This document shows positions 10,298 to 20,716 of a DNA stretch of 64,000 nucleotides, in pieces. Numbering within the stretch: the first letter of the stretch is position 1; the number at the start of each line of letters is the position of its first letter. The notes below the pieces were generated by a model. It did no database searches and was not told where the DNA came from. It saw only the letters and a program-made list of their open reading frames with translations. The position numbers were made by a program, and so were the translations under genes. Location of the stretch: assembly GCA_902547785.1 (NCBI GenBank), contig CACCPC010000003.1, forward strand, positions 8,900-72,899, given 5' to 3'. This stretch comes from an uncultured Pelagibacteraceae bacterium (GTDB lineage Bacteria; Pseudomonadota; Alphaproteobacteria; Pelagibacterales; Pelagibacteraceae).

Positions 10298-11834
10298 TTT
10301 TATTTCTATTAAATGAAAATATTAAAAAAATATACAATAAAATTGTTAATGCAAAAATTTTATTACCGTATTTTGAAAATATTGTTGGTTCTATTTTTTT
10401 CGTTTTAAATAAATCAATAAAACCAGATTGATTTAAATCAACTTGTTCTTCAACAATTCCTAAAGGATTAACAATCGCAGTAATTCCATTATTTGCAGAT
10501 CTTAAAACATATTTACCACTTTCAATAGCTCTATAAATACTGTGTACAAAATGTTGATGGGGACCTATAGACTGACCAAACCAACCATCTTCAGAAATAT
10601 TTATTATAAAATCAAAATCTCTATTATTAAAAATATTTCCACTATAAATTATTTCATAACAAATAAGTGGTAATAGTCTTACTGAAAAATCAATTTTATT
10701 CACTTCTATGATATTTCTTTTTTCTCCTTTTGAATAAGATTGATAATTATTAGTGATTGTCTTTAATCCTATAAGGCTCAGCATTTTTTCAAAAGGTAAA
10801 AACTCACCAAAAGGAACTAGATTAACTTTGTTGTATGAATTTAATATTTCAAGGTTGTGATTATAAATTGTTAATGAATTATAATATTTGATAATTTGAC
10901 CTCCTTTTTTGATATCATTAATCCCAATTAATAATATGTGATTTTCATTAAATTCATTCTCAAATAAAAATTTATATTCCTTTAATTGGTTTTTTGAAAT
11001 GTCTGGCAATATACCCTCGGGCCAAATAAAAATCGTTTTTTCATTTTTTTGTGGAGAACTGATTTTAATGAGATCATTGATTACTGAAATAGGATCGATA
11101 TCGTTATAAAATCTATCAATACTAACATTTGAGCTTATAACTCTTAGTTTGTAATCTAATTTATTGGCTATAATATTATTGAATTTTTCTAATCGTTGAG
11201 AGCCAAAGAAATAAAAAGATAAAGTTATTATGAAAAATAAAATGCAAACTATAATTTCTTTTTTGTTATCTCTTAAAATTAAAAATGAAGTACTAGTAAA
11301 AAGAGAAATACAAAAAAGATTAAAACTATAAGTGCCAATAATCGAAGTAATACTTAAAATTTCAATATAATTAGAAAAACTATAAGCAATCAAATTCCAT
11401 GGAAACCCGGTCATTATTGTTCCTCTAATGAATTCAATTGTCCCAAATATTAGAGAAAAAAGAAAAAAAGAGCTTAAATTTTTATTTGGCTTCAGGATTA
11501 AAAATAAAAATGAGGCTAAACCATAAAATAAAGCTAAAAATGCTGGAACCAAAACTATACTTAAAGGAATCAGAAACTTAAAGCTTTCATCAAAAGTTAA
11601 TGATAACGAAATCCAATAAAGATTACTTGTAAAATATCCAAGTCCAAATAACCAACCATAGAGAAAAAATAACTTTTTGTTTTTACTTACCTCAAAGATT
11701 TTTATCAAAAGAATATAAAACAAACTAAAAGTTAAAAAATTAATTAGAATATAATTAAAAGGAGGTAAGCTTAATGATGAAAAGAAACCTAATAAAATTA
11801 AAATAATGGTCTCAATATAAATTTTTTTTTTCAA
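10290..11834 (-). CDS. lnt: Apolipoprotein N-acyltransferase
   Basis: Multi-TM protein with GFPW, WPE, K..LVPFGE, ICYE, N.SEDGWFG, R.IE.G...R..N.G; TTG start. Confidence 0.96.
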   Translation of the reverse strand: MKKKIYIETIILILLGFFSSLSLPPFNYILINFLTFSLFYILLIKIFEVSKNKKLFFLYGWLFGLGYFTSNLYWISLSLTFDESFKFLIPLSIVLVPAFLALFYGLASFLFLILKPNKNLSSFFLFSLIFGTIEFIRGTIMTGFPWNLIAYSFSNYIEILSITSIIGTYSFNLFCISLFTSTSFLILRDNKKEIIVCILFFIITLSFYFFGSQRLEKFNNIIANKLDYKLRVISSNVSIDRFYNDIDPISVINDLIKISSPQKNEKTIFIWPEGILPDISKNQLKEYKFLFENEFNENHILLIGINDIKKGGQIIKYYNSLTIYNHNLEILNSYNKVNLVPFGEFLPFEKMLSLIGLKTITNNYQSYSKGEKRNIIEVNKIDFSVRLLPLICYEIIYSGNIFNNRDFDFIINISEDGWFGQSIGPHQHFVHSIYRAIESGKYVLRSANNGITAIVNPLGIVEEQVDLNQSGFIDLFKTKKIEPTIFSKYGNKIFALTILLYIFLIFSFNRNKNE

Positions 11835-11835
11835 A

Positions 11836-12297
11836 TTAATTTATTTTGGATTTTATATGTTTATATATAAAATTTTCTTCTCTTAACATTTTAAAATAAT
11901 CTTTATTCTTTATATGGTTAAAACCTAAAAGGTGAAGAAAACCATGAATAAAAATTTTAATAGTTTTTTGTTTAAATAACTCTAAATCCTGAGATTTAGG
12001 CTTATTTAAATAATTATAACTAATTATAATATCTCCCAAATAAGTATTATTTGAAAATTTTATTTTTTTATCAAATGGGAAAGATAAAATATCGGTAGAT
12101 TTATTTTTATTTCTAAAATTTTTATTTAATTTCTTAATATTTTTATTATTAGAAAGTAACAAACTCAATGATACTTTTTTGTTTGAAAATTGATATTTTT
12201 TTGGAAAAGCCTTACATACTTTTTTAAAAAAAAGATCTGTATTTTTAAGTCTTTTTGACCACGCCTTCTCTTCAGAGAAGATACTAACTTTTATCAT
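11836..12297 (-). CDS. ybeY: rRNA maturation RNase YbeY
   Basis: TDILSFP, LGDIIIS, HGFLHLLG..H. Confidence 0.95.
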   Translation of the reverse strand: MIKVSIFSEEKAWSKRLKNTDLFFKKVCKAFPKKYQFSNKKVSLSLLLSNNKNIKKLNKNFRNKNKSTDILSFPFDKKIKFSNNTYLGDIIISYNYLNKPKSQDLELFKQKTIKIFIHGFLHLLGFNHIKNKDYFKMLREENFIYKHIKSKIN

Positions 12298-13285
12298 TAT
12301 TTGAGTACGCTTTTACTATTTTTGATACAAGTGGGTGTCTAACTACATCTGAGTGATCAAAATCAACTATTGATATCTCTTTTAAATGTCCAAGTAATTC
12401 TTTTGATCTTACTAATCCTGACATATTTTTGTTAGGTAGATCAATTTGTGTTGGATCTCCATTAACTACAATTTTTGAATTTTCACCGATACGAGTAAGA
12501 AACATTTTGATCTGAGTATCAGTTGCATTTTGTGCTTCGTCTAAAATTGCAAAGGAATTTTTAAGAGTTCGACCTCTCATAAAAGCCAATGGTGCTATTT
12601 CTATATCTCCAATTTCAATCATTCTTTGGATTTTTTCGAAATCAAAAAGATCATATAAAGAGTCGTATAACGGTCTTAAATAAGGGTCTACTTTCTCTTT
12701 CATGTCACCAGGCAAGAATCCTAAACGTTCTCCAGCTTCAACTGCAGGTCTTGATAAAATTATTCTTTCAATCTTTTTCTCTAGAAGCATAGTCAAGCCA
12801 ACTGCAACTGCCAAAAACGTCTTACCTGTTCCTGCTGGTCCAGCAGAAATTACAATATCACTTTGTCTTAAAGCTCTAACATAATTCTTTTGTTTTTCAG
12901 ATCTAGGAATTATAGATTTTTTAGGAGTTTTAATTATATCAGTTATATTATTGTTTTTTATTTTTTCATTAATCATAAATTTGTCTACAGAAGAAAATAT
13001 ATCTTTATTTTCGATATTTCCATTATTAATAAATTGGTTAACTAAAAATTGAATGGCATTCTTTACCTTTTCATTTGTTTCTGGATCTGATTTTATAAGA
13101 ATAGAATTTCCCCTTGAATATAAACTGCATTTAGTGATTTTTTCAAGTTCCTGTAAATTTTTATTAAATTCACCAACAACACCCATTAACAAATCGTTAT
13201 CATGAAATATTACACTCAAAGAGTTATTATCTGAATAAACAAACTTTAGTGCCTGTTTAATATTTTTTTTTGTTATTCCACTCAA
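12284..13285 (-). CDS. phoH: PhoH-like ATPase (YbeZ type)
   Basis: GPAGTGKT, RPAVEAGERLGFLPGD, LAFMRGRT, DEAQN; miaB-phoH-ybeY synteny. Confidence 0.95.
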   Translation of the reverse strand: MSGITKKNIKQALKFVYSDNNSLSVIFHDNDLLMGVVGEFNKNLQELEKITKCSLYSRGNSILIKSDPETNEKVKNAIQFLVNQFINNGNIENKDIFSSVDKFMINEKIKNNNITDIIKTPKKSIIPRSEKQKNYVRALRQSDIVISAGPAGTGKTFLAVAVGLTMLLEKKIERIILSRPAVEAGERLGFLPGDMKEKVDPYLRPLYDSLYDLFDFEKIQRMIEIGDIEIAPLAFMRGRTLKNSFAILDEAQNATDTQIKMFLTRIGENSKIVVNGDPTQIDLPNKNMSGLVRSKELLGHLKEISIVDFDHSDVVRHPLVSKIVKAYSNNDKS

Positions 13286-13287
13286 AT

Positions 13288-14616
13288 TTATGCAACTTTC
13301 TGGTTAGGATTACTTATAATTTCACCAAACAAAGTACTTCTATTACTTTTGGAAATTTTTACTTGCACAATTTTTCCAATATCACTTTTCTTACCATCAA
13401 AGATTACTGATGTCATATACTTAGTTCTTCCAAATGTTTTAGTTTTATCTTCTGTAAAATTTTCAACTAGTACTTCAACAATACTATTTTCCAAAGATTT
13501 ATTCTTTTTAAATTGATTTTCAAATAACTCATTTTGAATTTTTTCTAATCTTTCAAATGAAGTTTTCTTGCTAATCAGTTTTAAATTTTCAGAGACAGTT
13601 CCAGGTCTTGGACTAAAAATATAAGAATAAGAATTTATAAACTTTACTTTTTTAATTAAATTTAAAGTATCTTCAAAGTCCTGATTTTCTTCCCCGGGGT
13701 AAGCTATTATAAAATCACTTGAAAATTCTATTTTTGAATTAATTTCTTTAAGTTTGTTAAATGTTTCGAGGTAATTCTCAATAGAATGATTTCTATTCAT
13801 TAATTTTAATATTTTATTTGATCCACTTTGCACTGGTAAATGCACAAGTGGCATCAGTTTATTAGAACTTTTATAAACTTCAAACAGATCATTGGTCATA
13901 TCTTTTGGATGAGATGTTGTGTATCTTATTCTTTTAATATCACTTAATTTTTCGATACTTAAAATTAAATCTGATAAGCGAAAACCATCACTTTCGTAAG
14001 CATTAACATTTTGACCTAACAAAGTTATTTCTCTTACGCCATTGTCCGCCAAATATTTTGCTTCATCCAAAATTTGATTAGGTGGCCTTGAATACTCAGG
14101 TCCTCTAGTATATGGAACCACACAAAAATGACAAAACTTATCACAACCTTCTTGAATTGTTAAAAAAGATGAAACCTTTCCCACTTTATTTTTTATTTGA
14201 CTTAAATATTCAAATTTTGTGACTGCATCGAACTCTGTTTTTTCAAGTTTCCTTCTTTTTTCAAAGTAATTTAAAATTGTATCATTAATTTTATGATAAG
14301 CTTGAGGACCTATTACCAAATCAATAAAGGGCTCTCTTTTAAGCATTTCCTGATTTTCTGCTTGAGCAACACAACCTGCAATAATAACTAATGGTTTTTT
14401 TTTATTTCTAAAGATTTTTTTTACCCTACCTATTTCAGAATAAACTTTTTCTTTAGCTTTGACTCTAATGTGACATGTGTTTAACAAATAACAATTAGCA
14501 TCCTCATATTTTTCTGTCTTCTCATAGCCAATTTTTTTTACAGTATCTAATATTCTATTAGAGTCATACTCATTCATTTGGCACCCAAAAGTTTTAATGA
14601 AAATTTTTTGACTCAT
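13288..14616 (-). CDS. miaB: tRNA-2-methylthio-N6-isopentenyladenosine synthase
   Basis: TFGCQMNEYDS, NTC, GCVAQ, radical-SAM CDKFCHFC, C-terminal TRAM domain. Confidence 0.97.
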   Translation of the reverse strand: MSQKIFIKTFGCQMNEYDSNRILDTVKKIGYEKTEKYEDANCYLLNTCHIRVKAKEKVYSEIGRVKKIFRNKKKPLVIIAGCVAQAENQEMLKREPFIDLVIGPQAYHKINDTILNYFEKRRKLEKTEFDAVTKFEYLSQIKNKVGKVSSFLTIQEGCDKFCHFCVVPYTRGPEYSRPPNQILDEAKYLADNGVREITLLGQNVNAYESDGFRLSDLILSIEKLSDIKRIRYTTSHPKDMTNDLFEVYKSSNKLMPLVHLPVQSGSNKILKLMNRNHSIENYLETFNKLKEINSKIEFSSDFIIAYPGEENQDFEDTLNLIKKVKFINSYSYIFSPRPGTVSENLKLISKKTSFERLEKIQNELFENQFKKNKSLENSIVEVLVENFTEDKTKTFGRTKYMTSVIFDGKKSDIGKIVQVKISKSNRSTLFGEIISNPNQKVA

Positions 14617-15057
14617 TTATTGAGGTTTTTTTTTAACCCCATATAATTCCAGTTTATGATCTACTAATTTATATCCGTATTTTTCAGCAACTTTTTTCTG
14701 AAGTTTTTCTATCTCATCATCAACAAATTCTATGATCTCACCTGTTTTGATATCTATCAAATGATCATGATGACTTTCAATCATTGCTTCATATCTTGCC
14801 TTTCCACCTTTAAAATCGTGTTTTGTTAAAATCCCAGCCTCTTCGAATAATTTTACCGTCCTATAAACTGTAGCTATACTTATTTTTGGGTCAACTTTCA
14901 AAACACGGTTATAAAGTTCATCTACATCTGGGTGATCTGACTCTCCATACTCAGACTTTGACTCCGAAATTATTTTTGCAATAATCTTTCTTTGTTCTGT
15001 GAGCTTAACGCCTTTGGCTAAACATTTTTGCTCGATTGTATCTGCTGTTTCTACCAT
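14617..15057 (-). CDS. fur: Fur-family (Fur/Mur) transcriptional regulator
   Basis: HPDVDELY, ISIATVYRT, HHDHLID, LVDHKLELYG. Confidence 0.93.
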   Translation of the reverse strand: MVETADTIEQKCLAKGVKLTEQRKIIAKIISESKSEYGESDHPDVDELYNRVLKVDPKISIATVYRTVKLFEEAGILTKHDFKGGKARYEAMIESHHDHLIDIKTGEIIEFVDDEIEKLQKKVAEKYGYKLVDHKLELYGVKKKPQ

Positions 15058-15065
15058 ACTTAATT

Positions 15066-15452
15066 TTAACTTATAAAATAAGGTTTAATCAAATTTTTTT
15101 TGAGGTTAAATTTACTGCAAAGATGCGGTATATTCTCGTATTTAATATCAATTTCATTCTCAAAGTCCTTAAAACTAAAGCAATAATAATCAATTTTTTT
15201 AATCATATGAATAGCTTTAATTGTTGATAAAGAATTTCTAATACCTGCAAAACTACCAGGACCTCTATTTATATAAATTGATCCGATATCACTAATCTCT
15301 AAATTATTATTTTTTAAAAAATCAATAAGTAAAAGAATAAGTTTTTCATAATTATTTTTGCTATTTTCATGAGTAACACTATAAGTATTATTATCATTAA
15401 TGATCATAAAAAAAATATTATCTTTTACAGTATCTATAATTAATTTATTCAT
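15066..15452 (-). CDS. tsaB: Short TsaB-like t6A biosynthesis protein (start moved from 15515 to 15452, 128 aa)
   Basis: MNKLIIDT start matches the TsaB L.IDT motif; GPGSFAGIR; conserved position upstream of fur. Confidence 0.75.
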   Translation of the reverse strand: MNKLIIDTVKDNIFFMIINDNNTYSVTHENSKNNYEKLILLLIDFLKNNNLEISDIGSIYINRGPGSFAGIRNSLSTIKAIHMIKKIDYYCFSFKDFENEIDIKYENIPHLCSKFNLKKNLIKPYFIS

Positions 15453-16455
15453 TTTTTTAATTATATTGAATTTTAAGTCAAACGCACAAGAAAATAATAT
15501 TAAGTATTTTTCCAATGACGAGGGTGTACTATCTATTATGTACCATCGATTTAACGAATTTAAATATCCATCAACAAATATATCAATGGATATTTTTAAG
15601 GAACACGTTGATCTTATTTTAGATGCTAACTTAACCTTTTATCATCCAAAAGATTTTGTAAATGAGTTTAATATTCCAAAAAAAGAAAAAAAGATTCTTC
15701 TTACAATTGATGATGCATTTAGGTCCTTTTACGATAATGCCTGGCCTTACTTAAAAAAAAATAAAATTCCTTTTATATTATTTGTCTCTACTGAACCTGT
15801 CGGTAATAATGGATACATGGACTGGGATCAAATTAAAGAGATTGAAGGTAGTGGATTTGGGGTGATTGGACATCATTCACACTCTCATGATTATTTAATC
15901 GATAAATCAGAGGAAGTTTTTTTAAATGATATAAAATCATCTAATAAAATTTTTAAAGAGCGGTTAGGATATGTACCTACTTTATTTTCATACCCATTTG
16001 GAGAATATTCAGGATTTATGAGAGATTATATATCTCGAAATTTCAAAATTGCATTTGGACAACATTCTGGAATTATTGACATAAATAAAAATAAATTTGA
16101 ACTTCCAAGATTTCCAATTAATGAAAAATACGGAGAAATTAAAAGGTTTCAATCAATAATAAACTATTTCCCCCTTGAATATAAAAACTTAGAGCCAGAA
16201 GAAAAAAAATTATCAAAAGATAATAATCCACCAAAATTTAAAGTAGAATTTTTTGAAGATCAGAAAAATATTGAAAATATTAACTGCTATTCCAATGAAG
16301 GAGATAAATGGATGAGATCAAATATTAAAATTGTTGAAAAAGAACTTACAATAGAATTTAGGGAACCATTTTTACCAAGAAGAGGCAGAATTAATTGTTC
16401 TTTGAATGATAATGGTAAATGGAGATGGTTTGGAACACAATTTATTATTAGATAA
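15400..16455 (+). CDS. Exported polysaccharide deacetylase (CE4/NodB family)
   Basis: N-terminal signal/TM; MYHRF, LTIDDA, HSHSH, FSYPFGE, LPRFPI. Confidence 0.85.
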   Translation: MIIKKILSFTVSIINLFIFLIILNFKSNAQENNIKYFSNDEGVLSIMYHRFNEFKYPSTNISMDIFKEHVDLILDANLTFYHPKDFVNEFNIPKKEKKILLTIDDAFRSFYDNAWPYLKKNKIPFILFVSTEPVGNNGYMDWDQIKEIEGSGFGVIGHHSHSHDYLIDKSEEVFLNDIKSSNKIFKERLGYVPTLFSYPFGEYSGFMRDYISRNFKIAFGQHSGIIDINKNKFELPRFPINEKYGEIKRFQSIINYFPLEYKNLEPEEKKLSKDNNPPKFKVEFFEDQKNIENINCYSNEGDKWMRSNIKIVEKELTIEFREPFLPRRGRINCSLNDNGKWRWFGTQFIIR

Positions 16456-16461
16456 TAACTT

Positions 16462-17535
16462 TTAAATTAAACTTTCTAGCTCAATACTTGAAGGTAATAA
16501 CTTTGCATCATCAAAATCTTTTAAATTATTTTGTTGAATAATCTTTTGTAAAACTTTCACATATTCATTTCCAGTTTCAGCGTATTTATCTAAATACTCT
16601 GATAGGACCATACTGTCTAATGATTCACCTAAATCTCTCAACTTTGCTCTGGCCAATCTAAAATCTTCATAACTTGAGTGGGTATTTATATTTCTCTGGT
16701 AAGCTCTTACAGATGCCTGTAAAACATTAAATTTCATTACTTTGTGGCCTTCATTTTTTTCAGCATCTTTTGGTTTTAATCCTTCACCTGACCAAGTCCA
16801 TTGTCCAAACAATGCGTTTCCTTGTTGTGCAAATCTTGAAGTTCCCCACCCTGTCTCTTTAGCAGCTTGAGCAAGTGCTAGTGAAACTGGAACTATATCC
16901 ATTCTTCTCTTTAGTATTGATAAATCTCTTGAAGGTATACCGTATTGTTTATATTTTTTTTCTAACCATTTTTTTTCTGAACTCGAATTATTGTTTTTAT
17001 TAATTATACTAAATAATCTTTTTCTATCTAATTTTATGTTTTTATTTTCCTCTAAAATTAGTGGTAATACTATTTGTATAAAAAATTCTTTTCTCTTTTT
17101 TACACTCTCTATCATTTTTATTTCAGCAGGAAGCAAAGTTAAAGCTATCGGCTTTACTAATTTTTTTTTTCGCACATCATCAAGTTTATAATCAGTATCT
17201 TCAAAAAGCTGTTTTATCGTTGAAGCATCTAATCTTACAGTATCAGTTTCTTGATCATTTAAACTATAAATATCAATTAATAAATCATCTTCATTGAGTG
17301 TTTGGGAATTTGAGGATTTCTTATTTAGGGTATATGCAAGTATTGCTTTTGAATTATTTTGAATTCCAGCTGAGCTTTCAATTTTATCATTGGTAAAATT
17401 GATCACAATTGGCAAAGAATAAAAAAATAAAATAACAACCAAACTACTTAAGATAATTCTAGGGATTGAATTTAAACCATTATCATCAAAAACTCTAAAA
17501 GGTTTGATCTTATTCTTTTTAAAAATTTTTCTCAT
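16462..17535 (-). CDS. Bax-like glucosaminidase (GH73) domain protein
   Basis: N-terminal TM; P.SLALAQAA.ETGWGTSRFA..GNALFGQW, NINTH..Y, YAETG..Y. Confidence 0.85.
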   Translation of the reverse strand: MRKIFKKNKIKPFRVFDDNGLNSIPRIILSSLVVILFFYSLPIVINFTNDKIESSAGIQNNSKAILAYTLNKKSSNSQTLNEDDLLIDIYSLNDQETDTVRLDASTIKQLFEDTDYKLDDVRKKKLVKPIALTLLPAEIKMIESVKKRKEFFIQIVLPLILEENKNIKLDRKRLFSIINKNNNSSSEKKWLEKKYKQYGIPSRDLSILKRRMDIVPVSLALAQAAKETGWGTSRFAQQGNALFGQWTWSGEGLKPKDAEKNEGHKVMKFNVLQASVRAYQRNINTHSSYEDFRLARAKLRDLGESLDSMVLSEYLDKYAETGNEYVKVLQKIIQQNNLKDFDDAKLLPSSIELESLI

Positions 17536-17538
17536 TTA

Positions 17539-18078
17539 TCAAATAGCTTCAACCCTTTTTACCTCGGGTAGATAATGACATAAAAGATTTTGAACACCTT
17601 GTTTTAAAGTCATTGTAGAACTAGGACAGCCTGAACAGCTTCCTTGTAATTGAACTTTAACAACTCCATCTTTAAATTCTTTAAATTTGATATTTCCTCC
17701 ATCTCTTGCTATTGCTGGGCGAATTTTCTCCTCAAGCAATTGAACTATTCTTTTCTCAATCTCATCTAAGCCTTCACTTTTTTCATTTAAATCGTTATTA
17801 ATGACAAATTCTTTTCCTGATGCATAAAATTCATTTATATGAGAGATCACAATATGCTTGATATCGTCCCAAGAACTTTCATCATGTTTATTGACTGAAA
17901 TAAAATCTTTACTTAAAAAAATACTCTCTACACCATCCACTGAAAAAATATTTTTAATTAGCTCATTATTTACATTGTCATTTTTAGTTACCTCAAATGA
18001 TCCTATTCTAGAAACAACCTTACCAGGAATAAATTTTAACGAATTAGGATTGGGTGTTATATCGGTCTGAACAAACAT
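17539..18078 (-). CDS. Nfu/NifU-like Fe-S cluster carrier
   Basis: TPNPNSLKF N-domain; IRPAIARDGGNI, LQGSCSGCPSS. Confidence 0.93.
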   Translation of the reverse strand: MFVQTDITPNPNSLKFIPGKVVSRIGSFEVTKNDNVNNELIKNIFSVDGVESIFLSKDFISVNKHDESSWDDIKHIVISHINEFYASGKEFVINNDLNEKSEGLDEIEKRIVQLLEEKIRPAIARDGGNIKFKEFKDGVVKVQLQGSCSGCPSSTMTLKQGVQNLLCHYLPEVKRVEAI

Positions 18079-18131
18079 AATTTATATATAAGCAATATTT
18101 ATAAAAATGGTACTGCTTTATGAAAATATCG

Positions 18132-19133
18132 TCAAAAACCCACGATTTCGTGAATTTTCTTTATTTTTTTTGATGCAATTTCATTCGCTTTTTCGTATCC
18201 ATCTTTAAGTATTTTTTCCAAAAATATTTTGTCATCTAATAATTCTTTAATTTTTAATGAAATTGGATTGATTTTATTAACAACTATATCTGATAATTTT
18301 TCTTTAAATTCTGAAAAATTTTTTCCAGAAAATTCATCAATTGATTTTTGAAGTGTGTTATTCATCAAACTTGAATAAATACCGATGAGATTTTTAGCCT
18401 CAGGTCTTTTTTCTAATTCTTCAATTGTAGATGGCATAGGCAGAGTATCAGTTTTTGCCTTTTTAATTTTATTTATTATTTGATCTTTATCATCAGTTAA
18501 ATTTATTCTGCTTAAGTCTGATACCTCAGATTTACTCATCTTTTTGAGACCGTCTTTAAGACTCATAATTCTAGAAAATTCTTTTTTAATTAAAGGTTCG
18601 GGAACTACAAAAAAATTTTCGATTTTATAATCATTGTTAAATTTTTGAGCTATATCACGACATAACTCTAAATGTTGTTTTTGATCATCTCCAACAGGTA
18701 CATGAGTTGAGTCATATAATAAAATGTCAGCTGCCATTAAAACAGGATATGAATAAAGACCGATACTTGCTTTCTCTTTATCTTTACCGGCTTTTTCCTT
18801 AAATTGGGTCATCCTATTTAACCATCCCATTCTCGCAACACAACTTAAAATCCAGGCTGTCTCTGAGTGAGCACTCACCCGAGACTGATTAAAAATTATA
18901 CTTTTTTCAGGATCTATTCCGCTTGCAACAAATGCAGCAACTGTCTCATGTATATTTGATTTTAGATCTTTTGGATTTTGGCTTACAGTTATTGCATGAA
19001 GATCAACTACACAAAAAATACATTCATTTTGAGCATCATTGTTTAAATCGACAAAATTTTTTATCGCTCCTAAATAATTTCCTAAATGAAGATTTCCAGT
19101 AGGTTGAACACCAGAGAAAATTTTTTTTTTCAT
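18132..19133 (-). CDS. trpS: Tryptophan--tRNA ligase
   Basis: SGVQPTG.LHLGNY, VPVGDDQKQHLE, KMSKS. Confidence 0.98.
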   Translation of the reverse strand: MKKKIFSGVQPTGNLHLGNYLGAIKNFVDLNNDAQNECIFCVVDLHAITVSQNPKDLKSNIHETVAAFVASGIDPEKSIIFNQSRVSAHSETAWILSCVARMGWLNRMTQFKEKAGKDKEKASIGLYSYPVLMAADILLYDSTHVPVGDDQKQHLELCRDIAQKFNNDYKIENFFVVPEPLIKKEFSRIMSLKDGLKKMSKSEVSDLSRINLTDDKDQIINKIKKAKTDTLPMPSTIEELEKRPEAKNLIGIYSSLMNNTLQKSIDEFSGKNFSEFKEKLSDIVVNKINPISLKIKELLDDKIFLEKILKDGYEKANEIASKKIKKIHEIVGF

Positions 19134-19136
19134 ATT

Positions 19137-20666
19137 TTAATACCTTAATTTAATATCTTGATAATTAAAAGCTTTGATAAAATGTGACAGTGCTAAATAA
19201 AAAATTATTGCAAATAAAACACATAACAATAAATAAGCAGACTTAAAGAAATAGGTATAACTTAATTGATCTTCAAATAACAAAATCAAGTATTGAAAAA
19301 AAACACCCATAACAATTGACGCGAAAATTATCTTAACAAATTGCTCAAAAAAAGTTTTGTTAAATTCAAATAAGTTATTATTTTTTAAATAAATAAATAA
19401 CATTAAGGAGTTAAACCATGAGGATATAGTCGTTGCTATGGGAATAATTATAAAACCAATATCTTTAAAAAGGTAAACACTTATCAAAATATTTAGCAAA
19501 ACAGAAACTAAAGAAATATAAAATGGAGTTTTTGTATCATGATTTGCGAAAAAAAAAGTCGAAAAAACTTTTATTAATGCAAATGCTGGAAGTCCTAAAC
19601 CAAAATAATAAAGAGCATTTGAGGAATTAAAAACTGAGTTTTCTGTAAAAGAACCATATCCAAATAGAGCTGAAATAATTTGTTCAGATCCTATAACTAT
19701 CGCTACTGAGGCAGGTATACTTAAAAACATACTTAGCTCTAATGCTTTATTTTGAATTAATGATATTTTCTTCTTTTTTTTTTGGTGAACATGCTTTGAG
19801 AGTTGAGGCAGGACAACAACACCAATAGCAATACCAGCTATTGCTAAATTAATTTGGTATATTCTATCAGCATAATATAGGTATGATACAGCACTTGCCT
19901 GGAATGAAGCTATTATTGTTCCAACTAAAATATTTATTTGGGTAACTCCTGAGGAAAAAATACTTGGTAATAATTTTTTAAAAAAAAATTTTACTTTATT
20001 GGTGATTTTAAATCTAAAATCAAAATCTAAGGCATAATATTTTTTTACAAATTTATATAAAAAAATTAATTGTAGTAATCCTGCGATAGAGACCCCATAT
20101 GAGAGATAATAAATTAATTTATCACCTAAATATCTTCCAAAAAATAAAATAGTAATTAAAACTATATTTAAAATAATAGGTGCTGCTGAAGCAGCAGCAA
20201 ATTTATTATGTGAGTTTAAAATTGCGCCAAAAAAGGAAGATAGACTTACAAACATTAAAAAGGGGAAAGTAATTCTTGTTAAAGTAGTTGCTAATTCAAA
20301 TTTTTTAGTGTCTTCAATGAAGCCTGGTGCTATCAGTCCCACAAAAATTGGCATAAAAATTTCAATTATGAGAACTAAAAAAAATAAAGCTAAGAATAAT
20401 AAATTAAAAACATCATTAGCAAATTTATTTGATCTAGATTTATTTTTAACTAATTCTGAAGTGTAGCTTGGTACAAAAGCGGAGTTAAAAGTTCCCTCTG
20501 CAAAAAGTCTTCTAAAAGTGTTAGGTATTCTAAATGCTACAAAAAAAGCATCAGCCAAAAAACTTGTTCCAAGAAAAATTGCTATCAAAACATCTCTCAA
20601 ATATCCAAGTAATCTGCTAATAATAGTATAGAAACCAAAAGTCCCTGTTGACTTAACTAAATTCAT
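19137..20666 (-). CDS. murJ: Lipid II flippase MurJ (MviN)
   Basis: SRLLG..RD, ADAF..AFRIPN.FRRLFAEG, LYYADR; many TM helices. Confidence 0.97.
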   Translation of the reverse strand: MNLVKSTGTFGFYTIISRLLGYLRDVLIAIFLGTSFLADAFFVAFRIPNTFRRLFAEGTFNSAFVPSYTSELVKNKSRSNKFANDVFNLLFLALFFLVLIIEIFMPIFVGLIAPGFIEDTKKFELATTLTRITFPFLMFVSLSSFFGAILNSHNKFAAASAAPIILNIVLITILFFGRYLGDKLIYYLSYGVSIAGLLQLIFLYKFVKKYYALDFDFRFKITNKVKFFFKKLLPSIFSSGVTQINILVGTIIASFQASAVSYLYYADRIYQINLAIAGIAIGVVVLPQLSKHVHQKKKKKISLIQNKALELSMFLSIPASVAIVIGSEQIISALFGYGSFTENSVFNSSNALYYFGLGLPAFALIKVFSTFFFANHDTKTPFYISLVSVLLNILISVYLFKDIGFIIIPIATTISSWFNSLMLFIYLKNNNLFEFNKTFFEQFVKIIFASIVMGVFFQYLILLFEDQLSYTYFFKSAYLLLCVLFAIIFYLALSHFIKAFNYQDIKLRY

Positions 20667-20716
20667 AAATCATATTAGTCTTAAATTTACCTCATTTGTA
20701 CACCTAATTAAGCTAA

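Noticed and set aside
10290-10400. Possible SAM riboswitch upstream of metK
   Set aside because: metK overlaps the lnt stop by 8 nt; there is no leader space or recognisable structure.
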